From Octopus vulgaris (lineage: Eukaryota), in the NCBI GenBank assembly GCA_951406725.2, contig OX597821.1, positions 17,546,001 to 17,610,000 of the forward strand: a DNA stretch of 64,000 bases, read 5' to 3'. The translations under genes and the position numbers were made by a program. Below, one piece after another: positions 13,432 through 26,230 of the stretch (position 1 is the first letter of the stretch; each line of letters begins with the position of its first letter). The notes beneath the pieces were generated by a model that saw only the letters and a program-made list of their open reading frames with translations, made no database searches and had not been told where the DNA came from.

Positions 13432-15115
13432 TCAGGTTGAGTAAAAAAGTAAGCAATGTTTTGAACCATGAAGAATTTGTACCAGATTTTTGCATAGTTT
13501 TGAATTTTTTTAAAGCATTTTTTTGCAATTGTCTGATAATGCAGACATAGACTTGCCTAAATGCATCATTAAATTAACATCGATATTTTTTTTAATCATT
13601 GTTACAATCGTCTGAAATGGAACTTTTCAAAGTGCAATATTTGAGCAATTTTGCTATTCACCTCCAAAACAGGACGTAAAGCAGCTGAAACTGCTCATGA
13701 TAGCAATGAAATGTTTAGTGAGGAAATGACCAGTGAGTAGCCAGCACAAAAATGGTTTAAAGGATTCTGCAGTGGAGACCTGAGCCTTAAAGATCATGAG
13801 CATAGTGGATACCCATCTGTCATCGATGATAGTCAATTAAAGACCGTCATTGAGAAAGACCCATGTAGAACCACTCAAGAACTGGTAGAAGTATTTCAAG
13901 TTAGCCACAAAACGGCCTGCAACCATTTGCATGCAATCAGAAAATCAAAAAAGCTCAACAAATGGGTACCATATGATTTGAATGAAAATCAGGAAATGCA
14001 TAGATATGAAATTTGCTCGTCGCTTCTTCTCCATAACCAGATTGATCCATTTCTCAATTATATTGTAACTTGTGATGAAAAGTGGATTCTGTACAATAAT
14101 AAAAAATGTTCTTCACAGTGGCTGGACCAAAATGAAGCTCCACAAACCTTCCCTAAGCCCAAGTTCTTCAAAAGGAAGGTTTAGTTACTGTTTGGTGGTG
14201 TACTGCTGGACTCATTCTCTATAACTTCTTAAAACCCAGAAACATCATTACTACAGAAACATATTGCCATGAAATTGCCAAAATAAATGATAAACTGCTA
14301 CTTCTCCGTCCCAGACTGGTCAACAGAAGAGGGCCAATCATTCTTCATGACAGGGCTCAAAGTCCATCCCCTCCTCACCGTGGTGGGGACGCTGGCAACG
14401 GGTAGTGTCAGAGCTATGCCGTTGGGAACTTCGGTTCCTGGTAGGGCCACCCAAGGCAGATTGGTCTGACACCAAGTGGTATTAGGGCCACAACCCGGCA
14501 GGCAGGGCTCTGGTGAACATCCTTGGAGTGTCTGTTTTGGCAACCGGCAGCTCCTAGTCATTCTGTCCCTGCGTCTGCGGACAATCTGCGGCAAACAGGA
14601 TGTCTCTACATGCGGGATTGTAGGGGACCGCTTGTGAAATTCATATTCCCACGAAACTTCTTCCACTGCCATGGTCGAGATGCCTCAAAGGTGGTGGTAG
14701 AAGCCGACTCAACCCGCCCAGGGCGAACGTCACCACAAGTACAAGTAAGTACAGTGCTCAACCACACGCTTCACTAATGACGCTCCAGAAGTTGAAAGAA
14801 CTTGGCTGCGAAGTTCTTCTCTACCCAGTTTATCCCCAGACCTTTCTCCTACCGACTACCACTTTTTCAAGCACCTTCATGGTTCCCTACAAGAGAAGTT
14901 CAAAATTAAATTGATGCTGAAAGTTCATTCAAAGAGTTCATCAGCTCCAGAACTCCAGATTTTTATGTTACCAGAATAAACAAACTTGTAACTTATTGCA
15001 AAAATGTGCTAATTCTAATGGTACTTTCTTTGATGAATAAAGTTTCCAGAATTGTTGAAATATATTATGATGAATTTCATGTTTCAAAACATTCCTTACG
15101 TTTTACTCAGCCTGA
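13432..15115 (+). mobile_element. Decayed mariner transposon with a 390-bp insertion
   Basis: TA-flanked TIRs tcaggttgagtaaaaaagtaag / cttacgttttactcagcctga. Transposase remnants KWVPYDL, IVTCDEKWILY, HDSAQPH and SPDLSPTDYHFF. Confidence 0.88.
14361..14750 (+). mobile_element. Short GC-rich retroposon, probably RTE-derived and non-autonomous
   Basis: 11-bp TSD acag(g/t)gctcaa at 14350 and 14751. The 3' tail is acaagtacaagtaagt. Confidence 0.7.
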
Positions 15116-15463
15116 TAATAAAGTCACTAACCTAACAAAGAAACCTGAAGGAATTGTATTTTTATGTATATATATAGCAGTATATGTACCCTTTATTCTC
15201 TTATATATATATATAATGTCTATGTATGTATAGATAATGTATATATGCATGCATATATATGTGTATGTGTTTATATATGTGTGTGTATATATACGTATGT
15301 ATATACATATATATATGTATGTATATATGTGTGCGTGTATATAGACATTTGGCTCTTTTCAGTTTCTGCCTACAAAATCCACTCACAAAGTGTCACACAG
15401 TAGGACTGAACCTGGAACCATCTAGCTGGGAAGCAAGCTTCTTACCATATGGCCAAGCCTGTG

Positions 15464-15499
<36 letters not shown>

Positions 15500-15504
<5 letters not shown>

Positions 15505-15910
15505 TCATCATCATGATTATCATCATTTGACATCCGTTTTCCATGCTAGCATGGGTTGGACGGTTTTGACTGAGGGCTGGCAACCAGATGGCTGCACCAG
15601 GCTCCAGTCTTGATCTGGCAGAGTTTCTACAGCTGGATGCCCTTCCTAACGCCAACCACTCCGAGAGTGTAGTGGGTGCTTTTTACGTGCCACCTACATG
15701 GGGGCCAGTCAGGTTGTACTGGCAATGACCTCACTCGAATTTTTTTACACATGCCCACCGGCACAGGTGCCAATGAAGCGACGTTGGTAACAATCACACT
15801 CGAATGGTGCCCTTTTACATGCCACAGGTACGGAAGCCAGTTGGCTGCTCTGGCAACAATCACACTCAGATGTTGTTCTTGGGACCCTACTAGCACAGGC
15901 ATACGTGCCA
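15500..15910 (-). mobile_element. RTE LINE 3'-end fragment
   Basis: Matches the 3' UTR of the RTE copies at 34.6-37.1 kb: gtggcacgtaaaaagcacc units, ttaggaagggcatccagctgtag and a (gat)n tail. Confidence 0.75.
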
Positions 15911-16502
15911 TATATATATATTTGATTATCTGTAGGATTCATTTGAATCAAAATATTTTAACATTCAGGACACTAAGCAAGGTTCAAAATTGGCACATAT
16001 ATGTAACACATACAGATACATGCACACATAAACACATACATACATATAAATACACATATACATGTAAATATTTACTCATGCACATAGGCATGCAGGTTCA
16101 CAGTCCAATGCAAGTTCCAGATCCAACGTAGGGAAGGTTCCGGTTATGGTTTTTATATAAAATAAGAACACAAATGGACTAAAGGTTCACTGCAGCTGTT
16201 TCAGACACATTTTTTATCGAAAAATAATTCAATTTCATCATTAAAAAAGAAAAACTACTTTCTTAAGGTGAATTAAAACTTTAAATTTTGGTTTGGAGAA
16301 AAAAAAAGTACAAGATGTGGATTGACCCTGTGCATGAATTTTAGTGGATAAAGTGTGTCATAGCATTGAACCCACTCTTCAGTGTGCTCAGCTCTAAAAC
16401 CTGTGGAACAATAAAGATTGACAATTGCCGCCTGGAAGGTGTTTGTAAGCCATTTAAGAAACACACAAAAGCCGTTCGATTCACTTCAACATTTAAGTTT
16501 AA

Positions 16503-16552
16503 TTTGTCAAAATATTTTCGTTGCTAAAATCCGCAACCTGTTCACTGACAAA
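16503..16552 (-). ncRNA. Candidate type I hammerhead ribozyme with a G3:C8 core
   Basis: Minus strand reads TTTGTCA-GTGAACA-G-GTTGC(ggatttta)GCAAC-GAAA-ATAT-TT-TGACAAA, giving a 7-bp stem I, a 5-bp stem II and a palindromic stem III. Confidence 0.55.
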
Positions 16553-18400
16553 AATCCATGCTGCATCACGTCGTGTGTTTCTTAAATGGCTTACAAACAC
16601 CTTCCACACTGCAATTGTTTTCGTTCCAGCACACAATCTCAGATCAAATCACTTGCTATGCGAGTACATCTCCGTAATAAAGATTGAGACAACCAGAATC
16701 CAACTGTACTTCAAGTTTCTTTAAATGAGTTTACTCTTTCCTTCAAGGAAGTTCTCGCAAGAATTATGGATTCTTTGCTCCTAGTGGTTCACATGCTAGT
16801 TTACTGATTGCAGGGACCCAAACAGGTGCTTTTGTTCCAGGTCAGTGTAGAACTGGGAACAATAGAGTCTAAGAGGTGATTCCACATTCTTCAAAGCCCT
16901 GGAATTTATGTACCAGAGTCCTCTAGGGGATGCAGTTTAAAGTCATATGTGTGTGTGAGTGTGTGTCTTTGTGAAGCGCATGGCTCAGGGATTAGTGTCG
17001 GGCTTACACATTCATAAGGTAGTAAGTTCAATTCCCGGACCAGGCAGTGTGTTGTGTTCTTGAACAAGACACTTTATTTCACATTACTCCTGTTCACTGA
17101 GAATTAGAAATGAGTTGCAACATCATTGGTGTCAAGTTGTATCGGCCCCTTTGCCTTTCTCTTGGATAACATTGGTGGTGTGGAGAAGGTAGACTGGTAT
17201 ACATGGGCAGCTGCTGGGCTTCCATAAAAAGAACCTTGTTTGGACTTGTGCCTCGAAGGGTAAACTCCTAGGTGCAAACCCATAGTCATTCGCAACCAAA
17301 AGGGTTCCTACACACACACACACAAACATATATACATACATGCATATACACACACTCTTACATATATATGTGTATATATATATATATATATTTTCACACA
17401 AGTTAATATTTACTTATCAATATACAATTGTTATTTCTAGATCTTCAGAAACCCCAACTGCTCTCCCTTCTTCCCCATTTTCCAACCACCACCCTCACAA
17501 TGCATTTCAATGTTCGATGCCTACCTCTTCTTTCAGTATCCTCTCCCTGCACCCCATCACCTTCTATTGGTACAACATACAAATATGTTAGGAAAAAAAA
17601 AAAAAGCCTACTGAGCAGGCAGCCAGCCAACCAGGCATCATCTATCTAGTGGTGTCATACTGCCACCACCACCACCATCACCACCATCACTGCCACCGCT
17701 GCCGCCTCTACTACTACTACTGCTGCACAAAATCAATATTACTGCCACCACCAGAGGGCACTAGGCCACTGCATCATGTTTCTGTTGATGCCTTCAACAT
17801 CCGCCTGCCAAACCCACCAACATGTCTTCAATGCAACCCAACACCACGGCACCCAGCTCACTTCATCACTGCCACCGCCGCCATCTCGCCACCATCACTG
17901 CCACCCTATCTACAATCACCACCACTCCCTTCACTGCCACCGCCATCATACTAACACCTTAGGTTTTCTTTGTTGCATTCGTTCTGCTGCAGTTCAATAC
18001 TAGACCTGTAAGCCTCTACTTTCCACTTCCTTTTTCTTTCATATCGTGTTTGTGTGTGTGTGTGCTTGTGTATGTATATATAATTATGTATGTGTATATA
18101 TATATTCATATATGTGTATGTTTGTTATGTATGTGTGTGTGTTCTACCCTTTTAAACTGCTAATACTGCATCAAACACACACACACTGAAATATATGTGT
18201 ACCTGTGTGTATGTAGGTGTGGCCATAGCTCTGCAGTTAAGAAACTCATGTTGTGACCATGTGGTTCCAGGTTCAATCAACCTAGTAGGGTAGTGTCATT
18301 TGGACACTAAAACAATGCAAAACGTGCATTGTGACCAGCAATGTGTTAAAGCATCTGATAGCCTTGTCAGTCGCATGATCACATTATATATATATATATG

Positions 18401-18462
<62 letters not shown>

Positions 18463-18603
18463 TAAAGCAGCAGAGAATTCAACAAAACCTGTTACTCTGA
18501 GTTTCACGTTGCCGTGAAACTCAGATTAACGTAAATAAAGCATATTATCACCACTGGTTTTGAGTTGAATATATATATATATATATACTGCTATATAAAT
18601 AAA

Positions 18604-18650
<47 letters not shown>

Positions 18651-18700
18651 CCATGATATATCACTAGCCACTACACATTCTAAATTTTCTCTCCTTGTTT

Positions 18701-18736
18701 CTTTCTGTGGAAGAGCATAGGCTCGAAACGTTAAAG
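18701..18736 (+). ncRNA. Candidate minimal hammerhead ribozyme (A6U core)
   Basis: CTTT-CTGTGGA-A-GAGC(atag)GCTC-GAAA-CG-TT-AAAG inside a roughly 180-bp element between (TA)n tracts. Confidence 0.45.
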
Positions 18737-18839
18737 ACTTTTTCATTTCCCAAGTGTTATACTAATACGTCTGTTTGTTGTCTACACCACCTGTCTTCGT
18801 CTTTTGTCCTTTTGTGAATTCCCCCTATATATATACATA

Positions 18840-18929
18840 TAAAACACTTCCTCAAAAATGCCCCCTTTCAACTCAAGCCAACATAGAAAAGTAAACATAA
18901 AAGAGGATGATGATGATGATGATACACCC

Positions 18930-18974
<45 letters not shown>

Positions 18975-19060
18975 GGTGTATCATCATCATCATCCTCTTT
19001 TATGTTTACTTTTCTATGTTGGCTTGAGTTGAAAGGGGGCATTTTTGAGGAAGTGTTTTA
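18840..19060. repeat. Fold-back inverted repeat with arms of about 90 bp around (TA)n(GA)n
   Basis: 18840-18930 is the reverse complement of 18973-19060 apart from one GAT unit. Confidence 0.9.
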
Positions 19061-19378
19061 CACCCAGAAGCCCTTCTTTCTGATGTCTCATGCACATATA
19101 TCCAAAGTAAAAAAGCAAATGGATCTCAGTCAAGAGTCATCCAAGATGATTATTCTGGTGTTTTGAGAAGTTAAACTGTCTTCTCAATGAATTAATGTGA
19201 AAGTGGCTGATTATTTCATGGCATTTGTATACTTGCTGTAAGTCTTAATCAGAATTAGCATGACAGATCTTGTGAAGGTTAATCTTTTGAGTTAACTGTG
19301 TAATTCTTCTGGTGGACTTCAGCAAATTCTGCCTGCCCTGTTTCCTTCAAAAGGCTTGGATCATTCCAAATTTATATA

Positions 19379-20570
19379 TTGGGTCATCTCATATATAATG
19401 CACATTTTTCAGTTGCATGAACTGAAAGTCAAATGGGGATAGGATAAGCTACCTGCATCAACTTGCTATAAGAGCAGGTAGTAATTTTACCTTGTCCTTA
19501 TACCTTGTGCAAGTTTTGAAGAGTGCAGTTTTGTTTTCAAAGCTATAATGGAAGTGACAAAGAAGCATATTCGGCATATTTTGCTTTGTGAGTTCAATAA
19601 AGGCAACAACGTAAATGAAAGTGCAAGGAATAGTGATGCATTATTTGAGAATCGGACAATAAACGTAAGCCAGTCTCCACTGTGGTTCCAGAAATTCCGA
19701 GCTGCAAACTACAACCTAGAAGACGGGCCTCATCCTAAAAGATCTGTAGAGCTCAACGAGGATGTTCTGTAAATCCTGGTGGAACAGAATCCCATCATAA
19801 CTGTTGAGGAACTAGGAGAGAAGCTTGGATTTGTTCATTCAACCATTCATCGACACCTGCAGGCCATTGGAAAAGTCAGCTAATTGGATCAATGGGTTCC
19901 TTGCAAACATTCCAAGTTTCGTCGCATGCAGAGAGTGAATGTGTGCTCTTCTTTGCTGTCACATCTCACGAATAGTGATTGGCAACGAGAAATGGGTTCT
20001 CTATAAAAATGTCAAGCACCAAAAAGTGGGTATGGACAGGATGACCTTCTCTAACTCCAAGTTAAAGAAGGTCTTCATCCACATAAGGTGTTGTTACCTG
20101 TTTGGCAGGATATGAAAGGTCTAGTCCACATTGAACATTTAAACTCAAACCAAATGATAAAAAAAAGAGATCTACTGCAAGCAACTTGAGCGGCTTAAGT
20201 CAGTGCTAGAAGAAAAACAACCATCTTTGGTTTCAAGACAAAAAGTATTCTTCCATCAAGATAATGCTCTGCCACATACAGTATTTGCCAGACATTGCCC
20301 CATCTGATTATCATTTATTCTGCAGTCTTCAAAATCATTTGGATAGAAAATCTATATATTCTGTAGACGAAGTCAGAACAGTACTGGTGGAGTATTTTTC
20401 ATTATGGACAAGTGAATTTTGGAAGAATGGCCTTGCAAGTTTATTAGATAGATGGAAGAGCATTGTAGAAAATGGAGAGGAAATTTTAGATTAAAAAAGA
20501 ACTTTGTTTATCTTAATTTCTAAGAATAAAAGAAATATTAAAAAACACACATTATTTATGGGATGAATAT
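19379..20570 (+). mobile_element. Decayed mariner transposon
   Basis: TIR ttgggtcatctcatatataatg / cattatttatgggatga. Remnants MEVTKKHIRHILLCEF..WFQKFR and PDIAPSDYHLFCSLQNHL. Confidence 0.88.
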
Positions 20571-20592
20571 ATATAAATATATATATATATAT

Positions 20593-20976
20593 AGTGTAGG
20601 AAGAAATGGAGCTGAACGAAGATTTAACAAAATTCCTTTATATTATTTTCTACATATGTTTCGAAGGCTGCAAAATCCCTAATTCGGATTGAATAAGGAG
20701 TCCATTTTGCAGCTTTCTCTTCAGGAAAATCCAGGAACTTAATTCTCCAACAAAATGCACAACAAGCTTTTCGACAAACGCTCACAAGCTTTTGTCGAAA
20801 AGCTTGTTGTGCATTTTGTTGGAGAATTAAGTTCCTGGATTTTCCTGAAGAGAAAGCTGCAAAATGGACTCCTTATTCAATCCGAATTAGGGATTTTGCA
20901 GCCTTCGAAACATATGTAGAAAATAATATAAAGGAATTTTGTTAAATCTTCGTTCAGCTCCATTTCTTCCTACACT
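20593..20976. repeat. Perfect 186-bp-arm palindrome carrying two inverted hammerhead motifs
   Basis: Arms 20593-20778 and 20791-20976 with a 12-nt spacer. Confidence 0.92.
20839..20924 (+). ncRNA. Type I hammerhead ribozyme (canonical core)
   Basis: ATTTTC-CTGAAGA-GAAAGCTGCAAAAT...ATTTTGCAGCCTTC-GAAA-CATATG-TA-GAAAAT. Predicted GUA cleavage after 20918. Mirror copy on the minus strand at 20645-20730. Confidence 0.8.
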
Positions 20977-21130
20977 TAATATATAAAACTTCAAATTTCC
21001 GCACTAAGGCACGGTTTTTATGCCCCATGGTCGTAACTTCAAGCGTGTTTTTTCTGTTGTGATTTTTGCTACCCAGGTATTGGTTATCATTTGAATTATC
21101 CGTAATAAGATAATTCATTTATCTACTTCA

Positions 21131-21178
<48 letters not shown>

Positions 21179-21961
21179 CACAGACACACACACACACATG
21201 CACATACACACTGACATACACACAGACAAGTACATGCACAATGTTCTTACTATTTATTTCCTTACAGTGGAAATTAAAAAAAAAATTTCTGACAGATGCC
21301 TTGTTTGTATATATATTGCCAGGCACACAAAATATACCCATGCACACACACACATAGATAATACATAAATAAAAAATCTATACCTTACACTCTTGGTGTG
21401 GCTGGCATTAGGAAAGGCACCCAGCCATAGAAGCCATGCCAAATCAGACTGGAACCAGGTACTGCTCTCCAGCTTACCACTTCCAATCAAACTGCCTGGC
21501 CCATGCCAACATGGAAAGCAGACATTAAATGATGATGATGGCACGCACATTTATATAGGTAAAAAGGTGACAGTGTCATTAGACCATTGGATTCAGTGTC
21601 TTGTGGTATTTCTTCCAGTTGTCTGTGCTCTAAGTTGGAATCCTGCTGAGGTCAACTTCAGTTTTTATTGATTTGAAGTAGGAGTCAATAAAGAGTTTTG
21701 GGCAGTGTGTTAGAGTCAATGAAGAGTCTAGAGCAGCGGTTTAGCAGAACTTTTTAAAGCATTAGAAAACATACCTCAGAGTCTTTGTTCCAGACAGCAT
21801 CCTGACAGCAACTCCCATTGCAATATTAATACCAAGTTGTATCAGCCCTTACTTTCCTTGGATAATATTAATTGTAAGGAACTCCTTGATGAAATTTCAG
21901 GAGTCATTTGGCCATATCACAGGCATTAAATAGAAATTACTTATTAGAGTCTTATCTAACA

Positions 21962-23405
21962 CTAGCAGTATCGCCCGGCGTTGCTCGGGTTTGTTTCGAC
22001 CCGCTGGAATTGTAATTTTGAAAAGTAAAAATTTTGTGAACATTTTTCTGGTCGAAATACACCGAAAAGTGGCGACACAGCAGTGAAAAAATCGTAAAAA
22101 ATAGGGATTTTCATAGAAAAAAGCATCTTTTTGATGTAAATAATTTTTGGTGTTAACATGGTCCGATTTGAATTTTATGTTCTACGGAAGGAAGAGCAAC
22201 CCTTCTTCTACCATACTCTCAATTTTGGTCAACTTGCGCCGCAGGGTCTCAGAGGAGATAGTGTTAGTTGAAGATTACCATTCTAGGTGCCTGAGTAAAA
22301 ACCTCGCGGATTTACGGATAAATGAATTAATTACTATTTTACAGAATAAAATTAAATAATTCTTGAAAATTAATTAATATTAATATTTTTTGAACAAAGT
22401 AAATAATTTTTAAAACTTAAATAATAATTTTTTTTACACAAACGCGAACGGGGAAAAGGGGGTGGCGAATTCGATTTACATACCAAATTTTTTCTTTTTC
22501 ATGACATTGTAGCAAAATAGTAGTGAATTATATAAATACCAGCAGTACATTTTTTTTTCTGGGGTATTTTTTTTCAACCTCGTCACATATTTGCCCCTTT
22601 CAATTTAAACAAAGTCTTAATTAAGCAATTACGGCAGCTTAGCAATGGTTTCAATACAGGCGTGACATCTGTATCTCAATTGTTCAAAAACCTTCGAATT
22701 TTTCGCACGTGATGATATCATAGTGAAAACTTTCAATTACGCGCGCTTATTTCTGTCTTTCACTCTGTCTGTCTCTTTACACACACTAACAAAAGTACTT
22801 CACTTACACACCACACTTTCTGTGTCGCACAACCCATCAAACACACACACACACTCACGCACGCACACATGTACATCAATGCTTTCGGAGTGAAATGTTA
22901 AAATATTGAGTTTTCTCGAATTTTGTCTTAATTGGTGGTAAAATTGAAAGAAATTTTTTATGGCATCACCCACTGAAGTACTCTGAAAAATCATGGGTAC
23001 ACTCTAATTGAAGAAATTGTGTGAGGAGTAAATCGTTATGTATTTATTTGTTTCTGTTTGCTGTGTTTTTTTATTTTTTGAGTAGTGGTTTAAATACTTT
23101 CAGTTTAGTCTTCTTCAAATCACTCTGTCGCTATTTACTTTCATTTTATTCGTTGCACACTGTGTGTGTGCGTGTGCGTGTGGTGTAAACCACATTAAGA
23201 AAAGCATTTGACACACACACCAGAATGTGAGTTTTCTGTAAATTTTGCTTAATTGGAGTTTAAATTTTAAAAACTGGACCTGGCATGACCCGATGCATTC
23301 TACTCTTAAAAATGCTAGGTAAATTGTAATTGAAGAAATCCTATATTGTAGATTTCTATAACTTCCAAAGGGAGGCAGATAAAATCTGCCTTTTATAATA
23401 AGAGA
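21962..23405 (-). mobile_element. Non-autonomous Helitron
   Basis: Minus strand starts TC and ends with hairpin cccgagcaacgccggg plus CTAG. Inserted between A and T with no TSD. Confidence 0.8.
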
Positions 23406-25027
23406 TTCATCTCTGACAAGTTTACCCTCCAACTAGTTCCTTTGACCAAAAACCCTAGCTCCAAAACCTGTCATATAAAAGATACCGGCAAAAGTTTGCT
23501 GGACATGCTACCTAAAGAAATAAGATGCTACAAATCAATAGACATAGTCAGGTCATGTGATCAGTTGTAAATTATCCAACCAAATTTCTGAACAGCCTCA
23601 CGCCAGTAAAGATCTTTGCACACGATTTGATACTGAAGTTAAGAGCAATGATGTACAACTTTGTAATGTAAATCATCTCAAACTTTGAAATTGTATTAGA
23701 CACATATTTTAGAGACCATAAAACAGTATATGTATGTATACATACATATATATAAAGATTTTCTTAAAAATCATTAATGATGTTGAAAATTTTTTTTTTT
23801 TTTTTGTAAAACAAATTGACAGGAATCCTTTTGAAATGAATTTTATGAAGACATCTTTGCAGATGGTTCATGTTTGTCAGTTTTTCAAACTATATTTTTT
23901 TCAGACAATAACTTTGAAGGAAATTTTGGTGATTGCTCAATCTTTACAGTTGATTGCTACCACTTTTTGCTTCTTCAATGGTCTTATTAACTTTCCACCC
24001 ATGACTCGCAGATGTAAACATCTATAATTGTGTGTTTACAGCTAGTTAAGTCTTTACATATCACCACTTTTCCATTGCCATAGGACTTGACTTTCAATAA
24101 ATGGCATGACAAATGAGGGCACTATTTAGAGACATCTGTCCAAGAGCATGGTGATAAAGTCTTGTATAACACAAGTACCACTCTTTGAGTTTCTGCGATT
24201 AGTACCTGGTGACAGGCTGAAGTGAGATAATCAGTGATCACGTAAACTATAGGTTTTACATGAGAGTATCTGTCTCCTAGAAGAATGATGTGACAATAGC
24301 TAGGGTTCCCTCGCTCACAGTGATTTTCACTGGATGGCAATTGACCCTCCTGAGTCCAGCTGCCCTTTCATGGGTCTTGGGTTTCATCCCATGGGCTGTC
24401 TAAACACTGCTCTATTCACCAATAAGCTTGATGGTGTTGTCAGTTTAGTCACCAACAACCCAACCATGCATAATGTGTGTGTGTGTGTTGCAGGATGGGC
24501 TTCTTTCATTTTTCCATCTACAAGATCCACTCACCAGTCTTTGGTCTGCCTTGGGCTATATTAGAAGACATTTGTCCATAGTGCCTTTCATTGAAGCTGT
24601 GTTGTTGGGTAGTAAACTTCCTAACTACACAGCCATGCATTGAAAGAGATTAATACATAGATATAAAGATATGACATGTTGGAAAGAAAAATAGTCTATG
24701 TTTGTTTTCCAGATTTTGTGGGGGTTTTTTGTGGATTCTTTCCAAATTGTGTTTTGAAAGACTTTTCTTTCAATTAAATTTCTGTTATTATATCCCTGCA
24801 CATGTGTGTGTGTGTGTGTGTGCGTGCATGCTTGTGTGCATTTATTTGTGTATGTAGTTGTATATGTGTGCACGAAGTATTATATATGCAATTCTATATA
24901 TGCATGTGTGTGTATTTGTTTGTATGTAATTGCATATGTGTGTGTGAGTATTTGTATGTAATTATATGTATGTGGGTATTATATGTGTATGTAATTGTAT
25001 ATTTGTGTATGCGTATGTATGTCTAAA

Positions 25028-25422
25028 TCTTTATATATAAAAGTGAAGTTGTGTGTCTGTCTCCTACGATTTAGATTCCTAATTACTCCCACATTTTGCG
25101 GTGCAGTTTAACCAAAACTGGGTATCTTATAGTCGTGATTCATATCGAGCCCATCTGGGTATTAGCGCACGTCTACGATGAGTCTACGATTTTTAAAAAA
25201 TTTACCATCATTTTTATCCATTTTAATGCATTTTTTCGCTATTATATAAGGGAAGTAACTCTCTAAAAATGTCTACGATGAGTCAACGATTTAAAAAAAA
25301 TTTACCATAATTTTTTTTCCATTTTTAATGCATTTTTTGCTATTTTTTGGCTATAACTCTCTAAAAATGCTTATATAGTTATTTCCTTTACAAACCCGAG
25401 CAACGCCGGGCGATACTGCTAG
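25028..25422 (+). mobile_element. Non-autonomous Helitron
   Basis: A|TCtttatatata...cccgagcaacgccgggcgatactgCTAG|T. Near-identical copy at 59634-60030 (-). Confidence 0.85.
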
Positions 25423-25811
25423 TATAATATATTTTAGCATGTTGTGATATGCTCTTTGTAAGAATTGATCAGTCAGCCAGAACTTACTCTAATCACTAGA
25501 ATAATTCAATTATTTACTGTTGTTTTTGCACGTTATTTATCTCCTCTGTTTATTTTTAAATTTATCAACAACTGATCTTTCATGGTTTTATTTTTCAACA
25601 GTAATTTCTCTTCAATCCATTGTGAAATTATACCAAAATGAATCTAAATATAAAGAGATCAAACTGTTACTGCAACCTCCTAGTACTGAGTTCAATATCA
25701 CTCAGAACTGATGGTTCTTTTTGTTACTTCAGGGATCTTTTGAAATAGATATGATTGCCATGTAATAGATAGTCACATGACTATCTATTACAAAAAAAAT
25801 CAAATAAAATA

Positions 25812-26230
25812 AGGCGGCGAGCTGGCAGAAACGTTAGCATGCCGGGCAAAATGCTTAGCAGTATTTCATCTGCCGCTACATTCTGAGTTCAAATTCCGCC
25901 GAGGTCAACTTTGCCTATCATCCATTTGAGGTCGATAAATTAAGTACCAGTTACGCACTGGGGTCGATGTAATCAACTTAATCCATTTGTCTGTCCTTGT
26001 TTGTCTTCTCTGTGTTTAGCCCCTTGTGGGTAGTAAAGAAATAGGTATTTCATTTGCCGCTATACATTCTGAGTTCAAATTCTGCCAAGGTCAACTTTGC
26101 CTTTCATCCTTTCAGGGTCGATTAAATAAGTACCAGTTATGCACTGCAGTCGATATAATCAACTTAATCCGTTTGTCTGTCCTTGTTTGTCCCCTTTGTG
26201 TGTAGCCCCTTGTGGGCAGTAAAGAAATAA
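25812..26230 (+). mobile_element. SINE family C with a tandem partial duplication
   Basis: A full copy followed directly by a 5'-truncated second copy from about 26045. Confidence 0.8.

Noticed and set aside
16130-16245. Minus-strand GAAACAGCTGCA hammerhead half
   Set aside because: Only the 3' half is recognisable, and the 5' core and stem II do not pair.
17649-18003. His/Pro-rich ORFs
   Set aside because: These translate (CAC)-rich low-complexity DNA, with no splice context or recognisable domain.
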